A stretch of 56,147 nt of DNA, the filler included, from Catajapyx aquilonaris (taxonomy: Eukaryota): NCBI GenBank assembly GCA_000934665.2. It is 2 parts of 2 records of this genome, joined end to end, with 100 filler letters (N's around TTAATTAATTAA, not from the genome) between each part and the next. Parts side by side here need not be neighbours in the genome. Positions count along the whole stretch, not along the records: positions 28,089 to 56,147 come from JYFJ02004973.1; 1 more part is not named here. One strand, 5' to 3'. How positions within the stretch are numbered: the first letter of the stretch is position 1; the number at the start of each line of letters is the position of its first letter. The notes under the pieces were generated by a model. That model was not told the origin of the DNA and made no database searches. It was given only the letters and a program-made list of their open reading frames with translations. Shown one piece after another: positions 48,901-56,147 of the stretch. Position numbers and translations under genes: made by a program.

Positions 48901-51216
48901 TATCACGCATTTAACCATAATTTAAAAAATTAAACTGAGCAGCACAAACTGCATAAAATGATTTCTACATTCACATTATTGGCACAGTTTGTTTGAAGTG
49001 TCTCATCAAAATGTTTCATGCGCACAAGCTCCAGAGACTTGGCGTCTGTTACTACCTCTCAAATCCTCGCCAGGATCTGTCCCGGACGAAGAAGGCCTGG
49101 GACTGACGCTCCCATGTGGCATCTGCGGACTGGGCTGCATGAGACTGGAGTCCCCATAGGTACTGTTGACGGGAACACTGACGGCCATGTTGTAGTTTCC
49201 CGGTCCCATAGAGGCCCGGCTTCCATTCAGGTGGTTGCGCTGCATCATCATCTGGAACTCTTCGTCTATCTTGTTGTACTTGGCCTCTGTCCGTGGGGTC
49301 AGAGAGTACTCTGGGTCAGGGTCGGGACTCTCTGGGCTGCAGTTCCCATTCTTGTGTTCCTTTTTGTTCAAGGCCTGCAGGACAAGACAAATCTAATCAG
49401 ATCCATTGCAAACTGAGTACAGTAAAAAATTGGAAGCAGTTTGGAGCAGGTCTTTTAGGTAAAGCTGGGTAAGATTATTAATTTGTGCTATATTTTGCAT
49501 GCAACGTTAAAGTACTATTAATGCAACTCACTCTCCTTGAACTAGTTTTGAGTGGTGGCTCTTGTGACTAGCCTCTTTTTTACGTAAGTTGTTAAAGAAA
49601 TTACGTGTGTTCAGCCAGGTGCAGCCACACCTTAGCATTTGAGACTGACATATGCCACTCGACTAAGAGCAGCCATCGCTCTTCAGAACTCACTGATAAC
49701 TGGTTATCACAATGCTAATTGGATGGCTATTAATCCTACAATCCGAAATTGACAAGATATGCATTGCTACAAGCAGTTGCTAGTCATATAAGTTAATTAG
49801 GTTATTTAAAAGAATGTTGTGTTTTATGAAGGACATGAGGTGCCACAGAAGTACATAAAAATTTTAAAATCATGTTGCATTATTGCTTGAAGTGATTGGG
49901 TTGTTCTGGTAGAGTGTTTTGATCTGATGCTTTAAATGGAGCATACTTGTTTGCGAGCACCCACCTCGATGATATTCTTGTTGGTAAGCGACTCGTGTGG
50001 CTCATTGTACTCGGTGTACTTGAGCAGCACTTTGTCCATGTCTGTGGATGCGTACTGGTACAGCTTGTTTGAGCTGCTGAAGATGATCAGCGCAATCTCG
50101 CAGTCGCACAGCACGCTCAGCTCGTACGCCTTCTTCATCACGCCGAACTTCCTCTTATTGAACGTCACCTGTTCATGGGATCAGAAAGTTTCATTAGCAT
50201 CATACCGGCACAACAGGCATATAGTATCCACGTCCATTGGATTTCCAGGTGGAGAGGATGGTTGCTACGGTAGCCCTTCTCCCACGCAACAAACCCACCC
50301 ACAGCACCACGACCCTCCCCACTTTCTTCCTCTGACGTCAACAGCTGCCAGAACAGCATCAGGAAGCTCCTAATGTACGTCCCCCCCTTTTCCCTCATGG
50401 TGTGTATATCAAATCCCTCTGCTCTCCTAGTGACGTCAACCCTAAAGTAATCACCGGTCCTAGGTATAATAATAATGAAAAGAGAGCAGAATGGGGGAGA
50501 GGTCCATTCAGAATGTTTGGGTGGTCTCTCTCTCTCTCTTTTTTTTTTCCTTTAATGGTGCCGTTCACCTCTGTCTGAGAATCCTCATCAACCCTCCTCA
50601 GATATAGTCCATTCCCCATGAGATTCGAACCCAATGTGACAGAAGAAAATAAGACGTATTTTTGCATCCAGAAAAATGATGCGAAATATATTTATAACAT
50701 CTTTTTTTTCCATGCGAATCCAGAATGTTTTTTCATATCCCGGGACCGTGTGTCCAATATAATTGCGGTTCCAAATTCCCGACGATTGTGAATAAATTAC
50801 GCCGTCATTTCGACGGCGGGTTTATGGGCTCGACACCGCGACATTCGCGGATAATAAAAAATGAGTAACTTCTCTCAAATTATTAAGAGCCCGGCATGTA
50901 CTGTACCGTGAAGTCAATTCCGTCTACTCCGTAATGGAAAAAAATTACTCTTGAAAATTCGGTTGTGGCATGGTGCAAAACGTTCATCAAGCCGTCCCTC
51001 GACATGTACTCCAAATTTTGCAAATATTGGCATTCTAGTAATTTGGTTTGCCCTACCCATATTTGGACTCGCTTATCAGATTTAATAAGTGTGTAGGAGG
51101 GAAATACCCAGCTAGACTCGACACCATTTTTATTATTATTTTCATCTGAGAATCTCACTCACCTGTCTGTTCCGTTCATCGGTGATTCTCGAGATCTGTA
51201 TCTTTTTGCGACCCAT
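45902..51216 (-). CDS. Mef2: Myocyte enhancer factor 2, ~473 aa
   Basis: Exons 51216-51163, 50168-49965, 49374-49056, 48590-48421, 48105-47858, 47022-46730, 46035-45902. MADS/MEF2 box [27 protein letters not shown]..., [37 protein letters not shown] motif, [11 protein letters not shown] end. UTR acceptor at 51352 implies a further upstream exon. Confidence 0.97.
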
Positions 51217-51884
51217 GGTTGAGCACCTTTATAGCCGTGGGTGTGGGCGGGATCCCGTGACAATCGCGGTGGTTTGGACGATCCGAAGGCTCTTTGGACC
51301 ACAATCAGGCTACTTTTGCCATCCGTCGCTTCGATCCTTTGGGACCACGCTCCTGTAAAATACACAGAAAGAGAGAGAGAAAAGCAGGTTAGAAATGCAG
51401 AATATTGGCATTGAGACTACGCGAGATAAAAATCACGTCAGCACCAACAAATAGAGTAGCGTAACGCACATTCCGACGTGTACGACAATCGCTCTAAGGA
51501 ATCGGCGGGGGTTGAGGGGGGGAAATCCTGAAGAAATTTGGCCACGTGCCACCCCCCACAAAACCCTCTTGAAAGGCTGCCTCTCCCCAGCTGCGAGAGA
51601 AACAGCCATGTGTGTGAGGATATGTGATATGTGTAAATGGCAGGGGCTGCAGAAGTCCCACACGACGCCAACACGCGCGTCTAACGAGAGGGGCTTTCGG
51701 GCATTAAGGACAAGCCCCTGTGCACACGGTTTACGAAACCGACTAAAAATACTGTACAGTTGAGGCCTCAAGAGATGATATCGGATTTTGTACGGGTACT
51801 GAGAAACAAGCAACGCCTGCGGATCATACCACCCGGCGAGCAATGGTTGCAGAACACTCAGGATAACGTTCAGCACATGTCGTA

Positions 51885-52068
51885 CTGGTGGCGCCACGAG
51901 CCGTATCCGCAAAAGGGCGAATCGAAATATGCCCTCCCTATATGACCGTCTTCACTGGATCGCGAGCGAAGCGTCGTTTTTCTAGGCCTGCGGTTGAGAA
52001 ACTGAGAGACTGAACGGAGGCAGCTTCTTATTCGCTCTCTTGCCGCCATCGGCTCGTGTCGCCACCAG
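51885..52068. repeat. Short inverted-repeat-bounded element
   Basis: CTGGTGGCGCCACGAGCCG / CGGCTCGTGTCGCCACCAG (18/19); no TSD found. Confidence 0.55.
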
Positions 52069-52558
52069 AACACCATTTAATGTCCGGCACTGTACATGTG
52101 ACATTTCCATCATTGCGGAAAACTTGCAGGTCAAGGTCATGCGATACTACGCTTCCAAAAAAATAAATATTCCAGGGCGTGTTTCTATTGGGCGTGCCTA
52201 CTATATCCCTCCCCAAAAAAAGGAGCCCAAACATTGGCGGTTCCTCATCGACCCTTTGTTCTTTTTCCCCAACCCACCCCCGATACGTATAATACACCCA
52301 CCTGCACCTTTTTTCCAAGCAGTAGGGCCACTGCGGGCCTTCCTGCCACTACCGCAATTTGGGGACTGTTGGCGCAGTACCTGGCGGCGGGGAATTTCCT
52401 TTTCGGAAAAGGTCCTGACTCACCCCAATTATCCGGAAGGGGGGCCTCCCCCACCCCCCCAACCTAGGCCCGTTACCCCGAACTCAAATTTCGATCCGAA
52501 ACCGGGCAAGGACACCGATCTTGTCTGCCCACACCTGATGGACGCCTTTGTTGCAAAA

Positions 52559-52630
52559 AAAAGAAACAACAAACCCTTCTCTCTTATTCGTAATTTTACG
52601 AATAAGAGAGAAGGGTTTGTTGTTTCTTTT
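52559..52630. repeat. Perfect 72-nt hairpin
   Basis: 35-bp arm AAAAGAAACAACAAACCCTTCTCTCTTATTCGTAA, TT spacer, exact reverse complement. Confidence 0.95.
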
Positions 52631-52902
52631 CCCGCGAGGCCGGATCCAGCAGTGTCGAAAGACGTCACCGGGTCTCTCTGACAACCGGGATGTGGTGTGT
52701 GTTGTGCTGACTGCATCTCTTTCTCTAGGAGCAACGACCAAATCCGTAACGCCCGTAATAAATAATGAACAAACTAAAGGGGAGCCCACGCGATTATAAG
52801 CCTTGCTCAGATATAAACAAGAGCTTGGTTGCTCCAACCGGCAGCTAAAACCATTTCGAAATAATTACTAGAAAAACGCTCGCTTTTTCTTTCTAGCTAT
52901 TA

Positions 52903-53613
52903 CAGTTGAATCAGGATGTAACATCTTCGGCTATAACGAATTTTCGGCTATAACAGACTCGAAAGGCCAGTCCTGATATACTTCTGTGGATTTTTACTCC
53001 TGATATACCAGACTGATTTCCACTTCACCTTGGCTATAACAAACCATTCTTGGCCCTCGCCTCGTTGGGAAAATTTGCTGCTTTCATAATGAAAATCATT
53101 ATTTTTCTGGTAGCGTATGCAGAGTGTTCCAAATTCGTGGATATTTTTATTATTATTATTATTATAAAGTATTGCCCGATGATAGTTATTTTTTGTGGCT
53201 TGTTGTGCCCCTAACCAAGCAGGTCCCCATTCTATAATAACTGCTATAGTCGATCCCGTGGGAGTAACAGGGCACATAGTTCGGGACACAACCAGCTACA
53301 AAAAAATAACTATTATCGGGCAATATCGGTTATAAATAACGAGCCACGAATTTGGAACACCCTGTATTTGGCAACACGGAGACGGCGGAATAAAATTACA
53401 TATTTTTAAAAAAATCCTGCGTAATTTACAGGTGATCTAATTTTGCATTTTTGTGGATATAGTTTCACTAATCAAGTGCTATCAAGTAGTGTGCATTACA
53501 AGCATATATGAAACGGAGAAAACTTCGTGTATTCGTTGAAAAAGTGGCGATTTGGCTACATATCATACTATTTCCTGCGGTTCCTTGAAGTCTGTTATAT
53601 CCGGATTCAATTG
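52903..53613. mobile_element. Tigger/pogo-type MITE, same family as 26365-27194, opposite orientation
   Basis: TA|CAGTTGAATCAGGATGTAACA...CTGTTATATCCGGATTCAATTG|TA; shares TATAACAGACTCGAAAGGCC with the reverse strand of ~27129-27148. Confidence 0.8.
53120..53364. mobile_element. Tc1/mariner foldback MITE nested in Tigger-type MITE
   Basis: CAGAGTGTTCCAAATTCGTGG / CCACGAATTTGGAACACCCTG|TA, inner arms TATTGCCCGATGATAGTTATTTTTTGT / ACAAAAAAATAACTATTATCGGGCAATA. Confidence 0.82.
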
Positions 53614-56147
53614 TATTCGCTTTCAACCCCATCAGTTATTGTAAGAGTCACATGTGAGTATACGGGGAACTCTTTTCAGGAAAGTTCCGTGCAATCTGGA
53701 AATATTCCCCGGACATATTTTAGGGAATGTCCCTTGATCTTTGACCTACAGAAAGCACCGAGATACAACTTGCGGTTTTCTTCTCCATTTGTGCAGACAC
53801 ACGCCATTTCCAAGACGCCCTTATCTTGGTCCACTTTACTACGTTAGTCACCGAGCTCGAGATTATTATTTTTATAACATGCTGGTGCGGAAGAGGACGT
53901 TGATTTTATTTTCGACTGATCCTGTGTGACGCGCTCCACAAGGTGCTGCTAAGGCGTTGTACTGGCACCGTGACGTCATTTCCGCACGCGCAAATATTCG
54001 ACCCGACGCCTATTAAAGGGAGGGGGGGAAAAAACTCGATCACAGGTATAATTATGCCTTGGGGATATGTTTACCGGTGGCAGATGCAACCCGGACCCTT
54101 CTCATCAGGGAGTAACAGCCTTCGTCCAGATGAAGATAACGGGGTGGGTGGGCAAACACGCCTGTCCAATTACTGCTCTCGGAGTCAAAACGATAAGTTT
54201 ACACGGTGAAGGACAATCATAGCAAAATTATTATTGTTTTTCGCCGCCTCTTTCCGCGCATGAAGAGTGAGAGAAAAAGGCAGGCTTGGATTATACACAC
54301 GTAACTCATCCAGTATGTTTATTCACGTGATGTTTACCATAACGTGTAACACGCCCGATTCTGCGAATCCAACATATTGAGCAGTGATACAGGATGGGCT
54401 GTCAAATAACATGATTCAGATGTGAATTGCAGATATTTGTGAAAAATCATATTTCTGCCTCACAATATTGGGACAATTGTCTGAACCTTTTTGTGACATA
54501 AGCTGCCATTAAAAATGGCATGGCAGAGTGTGCTGAATTTGTGTGTCGTCCTTTGGAACTATCCGATTTATGTATCATTTTTTTGTGTGTACCTCTCTAC
54601 ACTAGGGTTCGTGCAGCACCAACGAGACACGTCACTATTCAACCCCGGGGTAGCATTTCTTCGGTATTGACCTTGTTACGGCTAACCCCCCAGCCAGCAG
54701 AGAGCCCTGTCCCTCATCGATATAATACCAAATCCGCGTTTCGTGTTTTTCCCCTTGAAACTGGTACGAACCAGCCCGTTTATTCATAAAGAGGATTTTG
54801 TGTATATTCTGCCAACAGCAGGCAGCGGATGATTGTGATGCCACTTTCGGTTTTGACATGTGATGATTAGTACAGGAATGCCGGGAGGGTCACGCCTCCC
54901 GGACACTCTTGATCAATTCATTCGGATACATTATCGATTACCTCCCGGGCATCGAAATCAATCGCGCGTTTTGCTATAGACTGCTGCTTGTCCAAAGTTG
55001 AAGATCCAATTTCCATGACCGCTGACTTGTGTTTTTATAGACAAACGTACAGTCGACCTAACCCTCCCGATAGAGCAAAGCCAGATAGAAATCGGGCTTA
55101 AGTCAACCTTTAAAAGCGGTTGCTGACTGTGCCATTTTCGAGTGGGTATTGTACCCGGGTCCAAGCAAATACATACTCAGTTTGACATAAGCTTTTCTCA
55201 TTTCATTTCTCATTCCATGTTTCACTTGCGATGTAATCGAATTCCATCAGTCCGACGGTAAAGCCCGACATAATGCATGCTTATTCAGACCAATCCCATA
55301 AACACTTGAAGCCAAGCTCAACGGTGCGGAATGCAATGCCCTTTACACCTGATTAAAAATTAATAAGGATATGTGTGGGTGGGCGAAAGCAACTGCGCCA
55401 ATGTATAGCTTTCGGTATATAGTTTTACAGATTTACTAAGATCACGTGTAACGATTTCTTGTGTACACACAAACATTTTACAAATATTATGCTTAATTAC
55501 GTTGAGTACCCTCTGAATTATTGGTTTCCGCTCAATCTGAGTGCTTTTAGCACATAGCACTCCTTGCGAATGAACATTTCTTTTCACTCAATCGCTCAAT
55601 TCTTATCTGACAATCTCACGTGGACTTGTAGGCTAACAATTTTCATATTTCAAGTGAAAAAACTACTTAGATTTACGACTAATCAATACAGAATTCACAA
55701 TCCGTGACTCCACCCCGTATATCACCTAGGTAGTAGTTACCATATAGCTTTCACTTTCCTGACAATTAGAGGGCAGAGTATAGCGCCCTGGTGGACTTTG
55801 TCCACACAGTGATTCATCACCAACGTGCATGTAGTACTACGTTCTCCCTGAGAGTGGCCTATGCACCAACTGGTCGTGGCCTAAAGATGGAGGGTGGGCC
55901 AAGGAGTGTTGGCAAAATTTGGCAACGGGTCCGCTGCCAGTAATTTGCAAATAAGACAATTGTTCCATAATATGTTGCATATCCAACTGAAATATTCCAC
56001 AGATGTGTCGAACCTTCCCCCGATCCGTCCCTTGCCCAATTCTCACCTGGGCCCTTATCGCGATGCCCACTTATAACCAATCAATCCTGGAAAAGTTGGG
56101 CGCTAATCGACCTCATCATCATCGGCCAAGAGGGGGGGGGGGGGGGG

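Noticed and set aside
52040..52681. 213-aa ORF upstream of MEF2
   Set aside because: Non-ATG start, no protein-like motif, passes through an inverted repeat and the perfect hairpin.
55778..55796. CTCF site
   Set aside because: CCACCAGGGCGC is two bases short of the core spacing; single weak match.

Overview
Gene-dense, intron-containing animal DNA, most likely arthropod (inferred from protein sequences and TE types; species not identifiable). I traced ten spliced protein-coding genes by hand. In order: XRN2 (+, 5'-truncated), a MADF-BESS factor (-), a Rab34/36-family GTPase (+), TSR1 (+), a WASP-family gene (+), a GPI-anchored Ly6/three-finger gene not recoverable from the ORF track (-), a CCDC122-like coiled-coil gene (+), Treslin/TICRR (-), ATP synthase alpha (+) and MEF2 (-). 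Three pairs are head-to-head. Introns and the 23.7-27.2 kb intergenic block hold many non-autonomous DNA transposons (Tigger/pogo, mariner, hAT, PIF/Harbinger, CACTG-ended, P/hAT-like) and a tRNA-derived SINE. Many are nested and many are near-perfect hairpins. A 44N-TTAATTAATTAA-44N linker at 27989-28088 is artificial, so the two halves may not be neighbours. Best leads: a Rab34/36 with a natural switch-II Gln-to-Leu change; an XRN2 last exon open in two frames with a candidate frame-switching cassette exon; the 12-Cys Ly6 gene; a ~400-bp-arm mariner transposase foldback in the Treslin intron; and several perfect hairpins. No CRISPR or prokaryotic system is present.
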